Shown here one piece after another: positions 12,888-26,739 of a stretch of DNA of 64,000 bases (position 1 is the stretch's first letter; the number at the start of each line of letters is the position of its first letter). The stretch comes from Leucoraja erinacea (taxonomy: Eukaryota): NCBI RefSeq assembly GCF_028641065.1, contig NC_073379.1:39494001-39558000 (forward strand). Direction: 5' to 3'. The notes under the pieces are model-generated. The model was not told the DNA's origin. It ran no database searches and worked only from the letters and a program-made list of their open reading frames with translations. Made by a program: the position numbers and the translations under genes.

Positions 12888-13115
12888 GGGCGGCACAGTG
12901 GTGCAACGGTAGAGTTGCTGCCTTACAGCACCAGACCTCGGTTCGTTCCTGACCGTGGGCGCCACCTGTAAAGAGTTTTTATGTTCTCCCTTTGGCCACA
13001 TGGGTTTTCTCCGGGTGTTTCAGTTTCCTGTCACACTCCAAAGACGTACAGGTTTGTAGTTTAATTGGCCTCGGTAAAAATAGTAAAATTGTACATCAGG
13101 TGATCGCTGGTCAGC
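12888..13115 (+). mobile_element. HE1/V-SINE-like tRNA-derived SINE
   Basis: GGGCGGCACAGTGGTGCAACGGTAG (A-box), GGTTCGTTCC (B-box) and conserved core. Confidence 0.75.
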
Positions 13116-14169
13116 TATTCTTGCCAAAGCCTCTCGTGCAAAGCCTCAGTTCTGCCCTTGGCCTCAACACGGCACTTCGCCTCAATACAGCCTCTCTAAC
13201 AGCCCTTTTGAACCGTTCTGAAGCTGGGAAAGATTAAAGGAAAACACAAATGCTGGAGTAACTCAGCGGGTCAGACATTATTTGTGGAGGGAATGGACAG
13301 CCAATGTTTCCGGTCGGGACCCTTCTTCAGACTGGAATTTTTTCAGAAACTAAAGGAGGCTGGTTTACATCAAGCTCCTATCAGCGCTTGTTGGGTGGAC
13401 CTTGTTGTGGCTTTACACCACAATGGGACTTACACCTGTCACAGGGCCTCTACATAGGATGGCGTCTGTGAGATCATTCTCCATACAATACAATATATTT
13501 GTTGTCATTTCAACCTCATTGAAGTTCAAAAGAAATTTGGTTTCTGCAGTCATACAACAAGAAAAGAACCAAGACACAAAACAATTTATACAAATATCCA
13601 TCACAGTGAATCTCCTCCTCACTGTGATGGAAGGCAAAATCTTATCTCTCCCCTGCACTCCCCATTACCTTTGGTATCCAAGGGCTTTAACCAAGAACAA
13701 TATTTGGTAATCACACTGCTGAGGGTGTTTGGTGTTCACAAATCATTAGTCACTTTCATACATTGCAATGGTAACTACACTGAGAAAAGTACCCATGACT
13801 GTACACTTTGGGTGAGATCCTGAAATGCAATCCTTCATAACAGAATAGTGGAACAGACCTTCAGAGCCAAATAGACTTCTATTATGCTCCCAAAATATAT
13901 ATATTTTCAACCAAGACTGGGCATTGAATTTGAAATTAAAACATGAATTCAAGAAAGGATAAAGAGCCCTGCACTACACGATATCACAGGAAGTCCAGAT
14001 GATGTCACATCGTTTGCCAAGAACCGACTATTTTACAATCAAGATGACCTTAAACTCCAATTGGAAAACTAACAACTGGAGAAACAACACGATTACCTAA
14101 ATTCCTCACAATTCCGGCACATGTAAACTGAGTGTGCAAGCTACGAGTTGCTGGGTCTACCTACTAGAT

Positions 14170-17100
14170 TATAGCAGGAAGCATGTGAAGGCTCTATTGA
14201 TGGGGTACAGCTGGAACGGCTGGCAGGAGTATTTGCAGACATCTTTAACCTAGTCCAAGCTGAGGTTCATGCCTACTTTACAAAGACCACTGTCATCCAG
14301 TGCCAAAGAGTAACAAGGAAACGCGCTGAAATGCCAAGCACCTGGTGGCTCTGACATCCACCATGAAACATCTGACATCAAGTATGAAGTGCTTTGAAAC
14401 GCTGGCCAGGGTGCACATCGACTCCAGCCCCCCAGACAGCCTTGATCCATTGCCATTCGCCCACCACTGCAACAAGTCCCGAGGACATGCCATCTCCATG
14501 GCCGTACACTCATCCGTGGAACACCTGCACAAGGACTTCTGCATCAGTCTTCAACTTATTGACTATAGCTCTGCCTTCAGCATCAAACTTCGTACAAGAT
14601 TCCTCACTTCACTCCTGGACCTAGGACTCGGATGCAACCTTCCCCTGCCCCACCCCTGTCTGCAACTGGATCCTCAACATCCTGACCTAAGAACTGCAAT
14701 CTTTCCCCCATATTAAGTATCAACACGGATGTACTTTTCCCAGCAAGGATGTACTTTTGCCCCTAACAATACTCCCTGGAATCTAATTGTTGTAGAATAG
14801 TAGTTGTCCCTGGACCAGGTGTTGTGAGACTTCAGACTTCTCTGCCTCGTGTCCAATGGTAGCAAGAAGAGGGCATAGCCCAGATTGTAGGAATCTTTGA
14901 TGATAGATGCCACCTTCTTAAGGCAGCACCTCATCTAGATGCATTCAATGGCGCGGAGGGCTGTGCCAATGGTAGCCTGAGCTGCGTTCACCACTCTCTG
15001 CAGCCTCTTGCATTCCTGTGTTTTGAAGTTGCCTTACCAGGCCATGGTACAACCAGTCAGGACACTTTCAACAGTGCATACAGTATCCTCCAGAATGTTT
15101 GAGTCAAAGACCCATAATTTATTTATTTGCCTCTGTACTCCGCATTTAGAAATTTGTAATAGAAAAAAAATCACATGTGGTTAAAGTGCACATTGCAGAT
15201 TTTATTAAAGGCCATTTTCATATATTTTGGTTTCAACATGTAGAAATTGCAGCTGTGTTTACACATAATCCACCCCCACCCCCACCATAATGTTTAGGAC
15301 ATATGGCTTCACAGGCGTTTGTAATTGCTCAGGTGTGTTTAACTGCCTCCTTAATACAGGTATAAGAGCTCTCAGCACTTAGTCTTTCCTACAGTCTTTC
15401 CATCACCCTTGGAAACTTTTATTGCTGTTTATCAACATGAGGCCAATGAAAGTCAAAGAAGCCATTATGGGACTGAGAAACAAGAATAAAGCTGTTAAGA
15501 GATATCAGCCAAATATTAGGCTTACCAAAATCAACTGTTTGGAACATCATTAAGAAGAAAGAGAGCACTGGTGAGCTTACTAATCGCAAAGGGACTTGCA
15601 AGCCAAGGAAGACCTCCACAGCTGATGACAGAAGAATTCTCTCTATAATTTAAATAAATCCCCAAACACCTGTCCGACAGCTCAGAAACACTCTCGGTGT
15701 CAGATGTGGATTTGACAATGATCCCTGTCCCCAGAAGACATCATTAACAGAAATATAGAGGCTACACTGCAAGATGCAAACCCACTGGTTAGCCGCAAAA
15801 ATAGGATGGCCAGGTTACAGTTTGCCAAGAAGTACTTAAAAGAGCAACCACAGTTCCGGAAAAAGGTCTTGTGGACAGATGAGACAAAGAATAACTTATA
15901 GCAGAGTGATGGCAAGAGCAAACTATGCAGGAGAGAAGGAACTGCCCAAGATCCAAAGCATACCACCTCATCTGTGAAACACGGTGGTGGGGGTGTTATG
16001 GCCTGGGCATGTATGGCTGCTGAAGGTACAGGCTCACTTATCTTCATTGAAGATATAACTGCTTATTGTAATAGCATAATGAATTCTGAAGTGTATAGAC
16101 ACATCCTATCTGCTCAAGTTCAAACAAATGCCTCAAAACTCGGTGTCCGGCAGTTCATTCTACAGCAAGACAATGATCCCAAACATACTGCTAAAGCAAC
16201 AAAGGAGTTTTTCAAAGCTAAAAATGGTCAATTCTTGAGTGGCCAAGTAAATCACCTGATCTGAACCCAATTGAGCATGTCTTTTATATGCTGAAGAGAA
16301 AACTGAAAGGTACTAGCCCCCAAAACAAGCAAAAGCTAAAGATGACTGCAATACAGGCCTGGCAGAGCATCACCAGAGATGACACCCAGCAACTGGTGAT
16401 CTCCATCGCAGACTTCAAGTAGTCATTGCATGCAAAGAATATGCAACAAAATACTAAACATGATTACTTTCATTTACATGACATTGCTGTGTCCTAAACA
16501 TTATGGTGCCCTGAAATGGGAGGGACTATTAAATTTAATGACAATTAAATTGACTCTGACTGACTCTGACTGACTCTGACTATGTATAAACACTGCTGTA
16601 ATTTCTACATGGTGAAACCAAAATGTATAAAAATGGCCTTTATTAAAATCTGACAATGTGCATTTTAACCACATGTGCTTTTTTCTATTACAAATCTCAA
16701 ATTGTGGAGCACAGAGGCATATAAATAAATGATGGGTCTTTGTCCCAAACACAAGGAGGGCATTGTATGTAGAGGTTTGAGAAGGAGTACAGGAAGGAGA
16801 TAGAAAGTTTAGTGTCATGGTGTAAAGACAACAACCTCTCCCTTAATGTCAGCAAGATGGAGCTGGTCGTCGACTTCAGGAACCAGGGTAGAAAATGCAC
16901 CCCAGTCTGTATCAATGCTGTATTGAGAGCTTCAAGTTTTAAGGTAAATACATCACCACCAATTTGTCTTGGTCCAATCGCAATGACACTGAGGCCAAGA
17001 ATGCACACCAATGCCTCTAATGCCTTAGAAGGCTAAGAAGGTTTGGCATGTCTCCAAAAACACTAATTTTTATACATGCACCACAGAAAGCATCAACAGG

Positions 17101-17385
17101 TGGCAAAAGCTTCAAACCATGTACTATGAGACTCAAGAATAGCTTCTTCCCTGTTGTTATCAGACTCTTGAACAGACTTCCCAAATGCCATGCATGAATT
17201 CCAGGTCTCTAATCTTTGCTCTCTCTTTATCTACATTTTATTTGAAGCTGCACACCATATTCTACACTCTGTTCATTTTATTTTTTGCACTGCCCGATGC
17301 ACTTGTGGATGGTATGATTTGTTCAAATAGCAGCTAAAACAGTTTTTACACATATCTCAGTACGTGATAATAATAAACCAATATC
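14170..17385. mobile_element. Degraded Rex1/Babar LINE fragments on both strands, interrupted by Tc1
   Basis: Remnants VALTS..MKCFE, LDPLPFAH, IDYSSAF, WCKDNNLSLNVSK..VVDFR. Confidence 0.65.
15081..16765 (+). mobile_element. Tc1-like transposon, family A, near full length and inactivated
   Basis: TA|CAGT...ATTG|TA ends with long TIRs; transposase remnants VLWTDETK, KHGGGGVMAWACMAA, QQDNDPKHTAK, DLNPIEH. Confidence 0.92.
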
Positions 17386-18052
17386 AATAATTTCAGTATC
17401 AGTTAGTCTGCAGGAAAATTGATCAGGTAATTTGGCCTAGTACACCCTCCCTAACATGATTGTGGATATGTCCACACCTCAAGGACTGCAGTGATCCAGG
17501 AAGGCAGCACACCATCACCTTATATTTGAGGATTTCCAATCTGCTGGGACCGTTCCAGAAATTGGGAATCTTGTATGATCATGACCAATTAATCTATTAT
17601 CAGTGTAGCCACTTTTTGTTGAGAAGGCAAGCCATTAGGTCCAGTGAATTATCATCCTTCAGTGTCATTGGTGTGTCTGGCAGTTTTCCTCAAGCAATTT
17701 GATCTTTTTCCGTCGCCTTTCCCTTTTGCATATGGATTTTCTAGTATTATTTGAATGCTTTTAAAGTCTGTTATCATGAAAACAAAATCAACATGTTCAA
17801 AGTCTCTGCCATTTTTTTATTTCTTATTAATTCCATAGTCTTCCCCTCTAAGAGGCAAACATTTTGCAACTTTTCCTTTTTAATGTTTATAGAGCAACAA
17901 TAAATCCTGGCTGGCTGGTGTTGTCTTTGTTAAGAAAGAAGGCATCCTTTTCAGGTCACAGAGAGCTTATCAATGAAACAGCCTGTTTATTGTGAACTAA
18001 AAGAATTCCACTGGTTTTGAACCAACTGTAAAATCTGTCACAAACTACTTAC

Positions 18053-18166
18053 GGGTGCACAATCTCTTCTTTCTTCCCACATTTGGCACAGAGTTCCAGT
18101 TTGAAAGCACATGGTTTACACATAATGTGGTAAGAATCCTTCACCGTCTTCTGAAGGCATTTAACA
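18053..18166 (-). CDS. C9orf85: C9orf85 homolog, coding exon 3 (CxxC motifs)
   Basis: TTTAG acceptor; (C)VKCLQKTVKDSYHIMCKPCAFKLELCAKCGKKEEIVH(P); GTAAGT donor; 114 nt, phase 2 to 2. Confidence 0.95.
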
Positions 18167-18479
18167 CTAAACAGGATTTTGAAAAATCAAAATATGATGA
18201 AAGATATTAAAAATACAGAAAATATTTAAAATCATAATACAGGCTCAGCGTGTAAATAGTATTTTTTGAAGGTTTTCAACATATAAAATGTTGAAAGTTT
18301 GAGAAGCTTGAAAGGCCACACCACAGAAAGAGGCAGCTCAGTCCATTTGATCAGTTGTGGTATAAGCCATCTGGATGAATTCCAAAACTTCCAATGTCCT
18401 CATGAATGCAAATATTAAAGTAATTCAAAAGGGAATTAACAATCTTAAAGTTCATGTTACCGTTTTGCTGATCAGAAAA

Positions 18480-19067
18480 GGCAGCAAGGTGGCGCAGTGG
18501 TGGAGTTGCTGCCTTATGCCCCTGTCCCACTTAGGAAACCTGAACGGGACCTCTGGTGACCTTGTGCCCCACCCAAGGTTTCCATGCGGTTCCAGGAGGT
18601 TTTGGTCACTCTCCCTAATGGTCGAAAGTGGTTTCCATGTAGTCGAGGCTTCTTCTACGTTCCTGCGATTATTTCAACAAAATCAAACCGGCCTCGACTA
18701 AAAATAGGTTGCTGTTTGGTCGAATCCCGTGGAGTGGGGTCACTATTTACTGACAGGCAGTCGAAGGCAATCTCCTTCACTGACCGGCCATTTTGATTGG
18801 CTTATTGGAGTTTTCAGCAAAGATCCTATAGGATCTTTGGTTTTCAGGACTTAGAAGATTTGCCGGAAGGTAAAATGCCCGCTAACTTTGTTAAACTAAT
18901 TAAAACTGTCTCCACCCCTTCTCTCCCTCCTTTCCCCTTCTCTCCCTCCCTCCCGCGCTCTCTAAAGGACTTACGGTGCTCTGTGGCAGCCGTTTACCTT
19001 CCTCTTCATCGCGCAGACAGCGCTCCTCCGCTGTCCCTGGCCCCCACCTTCGCGATGTGTTTGAGTG

Positions 19068-19100
<33 letters not shown>

Positions 19101-19540
19101 GGTAGCAAAGATCCTGTAGGATCTATGGTCAGTAGATGCAACTCACGCTTCGGTCAAGGCTTTCCAGGCGAGTGACCAAAACCTCTGGCGACTCATGGAA
19201 ACCTTGGGTGGGGCACAAGGTCACCAGAGGTTTCCATTCAGGTTTCCTAAGTGGGACAGGGACATTACTGTGCCAGAGACCTATGTTTGATCCTGACTGC
19301 GGTGCTGATTGCACAAACTTTGTACGTCCTTGTGATTGCGTGGGTTTTCTCCGGGTGCTCCAATTTCCTCCCACACTCCAAAGACATACATGTTTGTAGG
19401 TTAATGGCTTTGGTAAATTGTCCCTAGTGTGCAGGATAGTACTAGTGTACGAAAATTGCAGGTTAGCGTGGACTCGAGAGATTGCTGGTCAGCGTGGGCC
19501 AGAGATGCTATTTCCATGCTGTTTATCTAATCTAAACTAA
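18480..19540 (+). mobile_element. HE1/V-SINE-like SINE split by a MITE
   Basis: The SINE head GGTGGCGCAGTGG..GCTGCCTTA resumes after 19267 as CTGTGCCAGAGACC. Confidence 0.7.
18517..19264. mobile_element. PIF/Harbinger-like MITE with about 70-bp TIRs
   Basis: TIR TGCCCCTGTCCCACTTAGGAAACCTGAA..., TTA target duplication (18514-18516 and 19265-19267), internal (TG)n. Confidence 0.85.
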
Positions 19541-19567
19541 ATACTCCATCATCATTTACATCAATAT

Positions 19568-21022
19568 GTGTCTTTTTACAATACTGCACACAAAAATGAG
19601 ACAGGGGGTCAAAATTCAAATTCCGTCAAAAAAAGTTGACAAGCACTTTATTGGGTTCATAACTAACATAGTATCAACAAATATTAAAATAAAACATATT
19701 GATGGCAAGTTTCCGAAAATGGCATCAGATTACACAAATACATTTTGTGTAACGGTTGTTGCATGGTATCCACCAGTGACCTCGTTGGCACAGTAAACGC
19801 ACATATTTCTTATTCCTTTCTATGTTTATGAATACCACATGGAACAACAAAATTGCAAATACCATTTCCACTTCATTCACCTGATCATGTAGTAGAATTC
19901 TGCATCCATGAGTGGACACCGCAACGACCATTACACATCATACATACAAACGTACGTTGCAGTGGACACTAAAAGGTTTGGTGTCCCAGGAACACATGTT
20001 TCATTATTAGCGAGAACCAAGCATTTTCACCAATGTGGTCTAACGGTAAATTACCTTATGGATTTGAGCTATCGATGGCCGATGATTCGTCAGATCGTTA
20101 GATTTGAGCTGATTTTTTTTGCAAGTAAAATGTCTCCGTAACGGTCGTTGCGGAGCTTCCCGAAGTTGACACGAAGGAATTAGGTTAGCGACTTGGTCCG
20201 TACAAAAGGTAAACAAGAGACATTGTGTTGCCAAATTAAAGATTGGCTCAGTTTCTTAGATTTGATGACCAATTTATGTCCAAAAATGATTTTTTATTGA
20301 TTTTAAATTGTCAGAAAAGATATCGTAAACGATCGTTTGTGTTTTTGACACCACGATCCTTTTGGATATATTAAATTGTAAAATAAGAAAAAAAATTAAC
20401 TCGCCCAAAAATCACTACTACCATAGGATACCTGGTTGGGTTTTTGAAAAGCATTAGAGGTTTGGAGCCTCCATGATTTAACTTACGGAGGTACCGACCC
20501 CGATAACGGTCGTTGTGACCTTTATTGGACTGTATTATCATTCTGTTACTGTATTTTTCTCCAGGTATTGATGAGGATATTTCCTTATCCGTCTGAAGAA
20601 GGGTCTCGACCCAAAACGTCACCTATACCTTCGCTCCATATATGCCGCCTCACCCGCTGAGTATCTCCAGCATTTTTGTCTACCTTCGATCTTTCCAGCA
20701 TCTGCATTCTTTCTTAAATATTTCCCTAGATCATTATCAAAACGTATATGTATGAGGGGCCATATGAAGTTTATATTTGAATTAAATATTTATGACTAAA
20801 TGTGGCAGCGTTTTTAATGTCACATTTTTGGTGTCCAAATTGGTGGTAAAACGATAAAGATTTGTCTGTCATGAAAAAAGTTTTTGACTTTCGATCTTTC
20901 AGTTATCTAATTTATATCTGTTATTTATAAAGTTTCACATGATAGGTAGATTTTTGTATTGGTGTGAAAAACTGAATAATTATATTGTTCCTCAAAATCT
21001 CTCCAGTATTGTAAAAAGACAC
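19568..21022. mobile_element. Unclassified non-autonomous TIR DNA transposon
   Basis: Perfect inverted repeat ATATGTGTCTTTTTACAATACTG at 19564-19586 and 21004-21026. Confidence 0.75.
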
Positions 21023-23846
21023 ATATATGTGTCCGTAAACTTTCAAAGATGATTGCTTAACATTTTCAATGGTCACCGATTTCTAACTACTCCAGTCTTT
21101 ATTGTCCTTCTGAGTCCAGCAAGAATGAGGTGATCTTCTCATAGCATCAATCAACATCACCCTGTTCAGCTAATAAACATAGAAGTCGAGCCTCTCAGCA
21201 GAATTCCTCCTCCCCTTCCCCGCCCCGCATGGCAGACAGTGCAGCCACTTCATACCTCACACATTGATTGTAATTTTATTGTACAAGCAATCTTTTCTTC
21301 TGTATCCTGCACCACCCCACCCCACCAATGGGTTATAAAAGGCTTATTATTTTTAAAAACAAGCTGAAAATTAGTTTGCCATGAGATGAGAAAGGCATTT
21401 TATATTATACAATTAATGACCACTTGCTGAACCAAGATTACCAAGCTATTGGCAACCTTGTTTTTAAGCACAAAGAGAATTTGAATCTCATTATAAGCCT
21501 GCTCATGATGGAGTTTGAACACAAAGAAGCAACAATGCAAGATTCACATTTAGCTAACTAAAGTTAAATTCCCATGGATTCTCCATTCGAGTATTTGTTA
21601 ACAGTGGGGGAGGGGCAGTAGAGGGGTAATGCTTCATGGTATGCTTCATGCTTTATTTCTTTCCCATTGATCATGGAAGAATGGATGTAAAACCCTAATC
21701 AGGTTGCAATACACTATCCAAGCATTATGAGTTCCTGATGGTCTACGGAGTCCCCCACACAATATCAGGCTTTTTGGCCCTACCTCTCCGAGCCAGTGTT
21801 AATGGTCACATACCATTCCGCTTCATCTGATGTTTTCTAAACATCTCTATTCCTTTCCTATCCTTTATTTTCGTCTCTCACATTATGACACAGGAGGACA
21901 TTCAGTCCTTCGGGTTCAAGCCAGATCCCAGCAGAACAATCCATTCCCATTCCTGTTTTCCTAATTTCCCAGCACCCTACTCACTCTGACACATGCCCCT
22001 CAACTCCTTTGCCATCCACCAACACTGGGGATCATTTGGAGTAGACAGTTAACCTACAGGCACCTCTCTGGGAAGTGGGAGTCAGAGCCCCCAGTGAAAA
22101 GAAAACCCGACGGCAGCACCTGTGGGAGGATTACAGCCTACAGCTGCTGAACCATCCTCTTCCACGCCATATTCCTTTCTCATTTGCATTTCTCAAGGCG
22201 TTCCTCTTAAATGCATTGATGGCAAGTACATCAAGGATTTTGATACCTAACTGTGAAAGAGTCAATCATTGCCATGCTACCTCCACCTATGAAAACCCAA
22301 ATGGAACTGTCTTTCATTCTTCAACCCCTGCTTGGAAAAGTTTATTTTAATTCACTAATATGATGCAAGCTTCACACAAGTCCAGTACTTATTACTCACT
22401 GTTGGTCGTCACTGAGAATGAGGTAGTGAGCAGCAATGCACAAACTGTGGTGGTCCATTTGGGCTAGGTGCTAACAGGCATGAAGTTTCAGAAAAAAAAG
22501 ACACTAAGTGCTGGAGAAATTCAGCGGGTCAGGCAGCATCCCAGGAGAATATGGATAGGCAGCGTTTCGGGTCGGGACCCTTTATACTGATTTGGGAGGG
22601 GGGGGAGAGAGAGAAAGAAAGCTTGAAGGAGGCCCAGGGCAAATGCCAGAGATGTATAGACAGAAGGTGTGAGACAAGAGGATTGAAGAGTTGTGAATTG
22701 TGAAGCCAGAGGAAGGAATGAAGGTGGAGGGGGAAGGGGAGAAATAGGTGTGAGTTCAGGCAGGGCACAGGGGAGTGGGGGAAAGGGTGTGGAGAAGGGG
22801 GAAGAAAGGAGCGGGTGGGGGCGGGGTTGTTAGAGGTTACCTAAAATTAGAAGTTTCAGGATTAAGGCAGGATAATGTGTTAGATGGTAGTGAACTTGCA
22901 AGGTGACATTCCAACTTATTGTCAATTCTCACTTTAAAGGCTGACTTAGCTGCTGAAGTAAATTTTGTAGGTGGGACACATTGCAACACAGAGAACTGGT
23001 GATGAGGAAGCGCACATTTAGGGCAATAATAATAGGGTGCATATCACGCAGACTGCTTGGGTCATATTGAGCTTCTTGAGCACCTTTGGAGCGGTATCCA
23101 TCTCGACATCAAGACAAGTTTCTTTACACTCCTGCTCGTATGTGAGTACTGAAGATTTGACAATTATTTCCTCTACTATTCTACCATCTATTGCAAAGTT
23201 GTATATAGGGTTAATCTGATTCAGTCTTCAAACATTTACACCAATGTATTGATAAAAAGTATAGCCCGAGTGAGACAATGGAGTGGTCCAAGCTTGCATC
23301 CTCTCCTAAAGCAGTACCAGGAAGCTGAGATAGACTAACAATATGCCCAGAACTGAAATAAGCATGCATACAACATCATGCAAAGAGATGAAATGCATGG
23401 TCAAATATTAAACACCCAATCAGATTTGGGATAAAAACAATGGAAATAATCACCGGGAGGGAAATATTTTGTCTATAATTTCCAGCAGCACTACCATCTT
23501 GAAATCCTTGCTCAAGCCACTCAACAATGTTATGGAAGTCATCATGGTTATAGCAAGAGAATCATAGGGATTTACGGTCCAGGAGAAGTCATAGATTCGA
23601 GATATTCCCCCATGTTACTGACCTCACTGCCAAGGAAAATAATTTATTTCTGTTCACAAACAGTATAATCCTCCCTCTGACTCTCCATTGTCCAACATTC
23701 CCCAGGCCCTACCTGCCCTGGTGTGTCCACCTTTTGCTATGCTATAGGCACCGCACAATTGGAAATGGTTGTTATTGATATGCATTTGAGCAGTCATTCT
23801 CGTGCACCCTGAAAAGTTTTATTGGAAAGGTTATCTTTTAACTTAC

Positions 23847-23953
23847 CATCTCCGAGGCTGACTGAGTGGCTTATACTTGCTATATTTTATTTTCCATTCC
23901 AACACTTCCTTACATCTTTTGCATACACCTTCAAGCACGATAGCGTTTAGTCT
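23847..23953 (-). CDS. C9orf85: C9orf85 homolog, coding exon 2
   Basis: TTCACAG acceptor; RLNAIVLEGVCKRCKEVLEWKIKYSKYKPLSQPRR(C); GTAAGT donor; 107 nt, phase 0 to 2. Confidence 0.95.
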
Positions 23954-24604
23954 CTGTGAAGCAAGAAACATTACTGTGTTAATGTTACTACAATAGTTAC
24001 CTGATTAGCTTCAGAATAACATGTTTTAACTATAAGTTAAAACATTGAAACTATAAGAAAGATTAAATAAGCAAAATGTATTTTCTTTAGAAAAGACAGG
24101 AGAGGGAGTTAACCAATAACAGGTCTTTAAAACAAGGAACAGCTCAATATGATATTTGAAGGGGATATTTCTTATTGGGCAAGTGTCCAAAAGAAAGGAA
24201 TAAATACCAACATATCCATAAGATGTTCAATGGAAACTTCTTACCAAGAATGTGAACCGCAGCAAAGTGCAATTTAATAATGTAAACTCGCTGTGGCTCC
24301 TTCTTTCACTGAAAATCCTGATATACAATAGATAGACACAAAATGCTGGAGTAACTCAGTAGGACAGGCAGCATCTCTGGAGAGAAGGAATGGGTGACGT
24401 TTCAGGACAAAACCCTTCTCCAGATATCCCTATTCCGATATACAATCACAGATTCACAAATGCAAGGAAGGATCTTCACCTTAGGTAAGTATTTATGTAT
24501 TTGTGTAGGAAAGAACTGCAGATGCTGGTTTAAATCGAAGGTAGACATAAAATGCTGAAGTAACTCAGCGAGACAGGCAGCATCTCTGGAGAGAAGGAAT
24601 GGGT

Positions 24605-24632
24605 GACGTTTCGGGTCAAGACCCTTCTTCAG
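24605..24632 (-). ncRNA. Minimal hammerhead ribozyme motif with intact core, in a Penelope terminal repeat
   Basis: Minus strand CTGAAGAAGGGTCTTGACCCGAAACGTC. Confidence 0.65.
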
Positions 24633-24769
24633 ACTGATGTCAGGGGAGTGGGCAGAACAGAGATAGAATGTAGTCACAGACAGTAAGACAGGTGGGAGAA
24701 CTGGTAAGGGGGGGAGATGGAGAGAGACGGAAAGCAAGGGCTATTTGAAGTTAGAGAAGCCCAATATTC

Positions 24770-25370
24770 AGGCCTTCTCGCCGGATAATTGAAACTCCGA
24801 TGTCGGTATGGAAGAACATTCGCAGCGGCTTGCAGTTTCCGAATCGGCCACTTCTTACCGGAGACCGCGGCTCCCGAAGTCTACAGGCCGAGCTGGTCGG
24901 AGATTCAACACTGACGGCCCTCGTCAAAGGGATCCCAGGACACCGCGATGTTAAAGTCAGCGCTGCCCACGGCTAGATGCTCTGCAACCACAGCTACACG
25001 ATGTTAAAGCAGCAGGCCCAAAACTCCAGAGCTTGAACACAGTGATCCCCGATGAGGCATCGTCCGCTCCGCGATGGTCAATCAGTGCTGCGCTGCTGCT
25101 GAAGCTCTGGTCGGTGTCCGGCAGGAAAGGCCACGCCAATCCAGATGGTGGGGGGGGGGGGGGGCGAAGACGAGACTCGGAGACTAGTCACATCTTCGAC
25201 CAAGAAGTGACTGAGAAACTGTTTTCCCCTTACCCTCCCCACCTCCCCCACATAAAAAGACTAAGAAACCTCCAAAAACATATACTTTTTAAACAGACTA
25301 AAAATGACAAAAAGATGTAAAAACAGAGACTGTAGGCAGAGGCTGCCATCATATGGCACCCCTGGTGGTC
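24770..25370 (-). mobile_element. GC-rich non-autonomous retroelement, 5' part
   Basis: Same architecture as 30970-31812 and 61650-62575 (GATGGCAGCCTC head, T-rich tract, GC-rich body). Confidence 0.55.
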
Positions 25371-25371
25371 T

Positions 25372-26735
25372 TGAGATTTTAGATTTGTAATAGAAAAAAA
25401 AATCACATGTGGTGGTTAAAGTGCACATTATCAGATTTTAATAAAGGGTATTTTTATACATTTTGATTTCACCATGTAGAAATTACAGCAGTGTTTATAC
25501 ATCCTCCCCCCATTTCAGGGCACCATGATGTTTGGGACACAGCAATGTCATATAAATAAAAGTATTTATGTTTAGTATTTTGTTGCATTTCCTTTGCATG
25601 CAATGACTGCTCGAAGTCTGCAATTCATGGACATCACCAGTTACTGAGTGCCTTCTCTGGTGATGCTCTGCCAGGCCCCGTATTGCAGCCATACTGGTTT
25701 TGGGGGCTAGTACCCTTCAGTTTTCTCTTCAGCAAATAAAAGACAAGCTCAATTGGGTTCAGATCAGGTGGTTGACTTGGGTACTCAAGAATTGACCATT
25801 TTTTTAGCTTTCCTTTGTTGCTTTAGCAGTATGTTTGGGATCATTGTCTTACTCTAGAATGAACCGCCGGCCAATGTGTTTTGAGGTATTTGTTTGAACT
25901 TGAGCAGATAGGATATGTCTATACACTTCACAATTCATTATGCTACTACCATCAGCAGTTGTATCATCAATGAAGATAAGTGAGCTGGTACCTTCAGCAG
26001 CCATACATGCCCAGGCCATAACACCCCCACCACCGTGTTTCACAGATTAGGTGGTATGCATTGAATCTTGGGCAGTTCCTTCTCTCCTCCATACTTTGCT
26101 CTTGCCATCACTCTGATAGAAGTTAATCTTCGTCTCATCTGTCCACAAGACCTTTTTTCCAGAACTGTGGTTGCTCTTTTAAGTAATTCTTGGCAAACTG
26201 TAACCTGGCCATCTTATTTTTGCGGCTAACCAGTGGTTTGCATCTTGCAGTTTAGCCTCTGTATTTCTGTTCATGAAGTCTTCTGCGGACAGTAGCCATT
26301 GACAAATCTACACCCGACTCCTGAAGAGTGTTTCTGATCTGTCGGACAAGTGTTTGGGGATTTTTCTTAATTATAGAGAATTCTTCTGTCATCAGCTGTG
26401 GAGGTATTCCTTGGCCTGCCAGTCCCTTTGCGATTAGTAAGCTCACCAGTGCTCTCTTTCTACTTAATGAATGTTCCAAACAGTTGATTTTGGTAAGCCT
26501 AAGGTTTGGCTGATGTCTCTAACAGTTTTATTCGTGTTTCTCTGTCTCATAATGGCTTCTTTGAATTTCATTGGCACAACTTTTGGTCCTCATGTTGATA
26601 AACAGCAATAAAAGTTTCCAAAGGTGATGGAAAGACTGGAGGAAAGACGAGGCGCTGAGAGCTCTATTATACCTGCATTAAGGAGGCAATTAAACACACC
26701 TGAGCAATTACAAACACCTGTGAAGCCACGTGTCC
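25372..26735 (-). mobile_element. Tc1-like transposon family A, truncated copy
   Basis: KHGGGGVMAWACMAAEG ORF 25849..26043; reverse-complement similarity to 15081-16765. Confidence 0.9.
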
Positions 26736-26739
26736 AGCA

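Noticed and set aside
12888-12965. tRNA gene
   Set aside because: The A/B boxes continue into the SINE core found at several other loci, with no intact cloverleaf.
17600-17770. Purine-rich exon-like segment just after C9orf85 exon 3
   Set aside because: The candidate acceptor gives an immediate stop in the required phase and has a poor pyrimidine tract.
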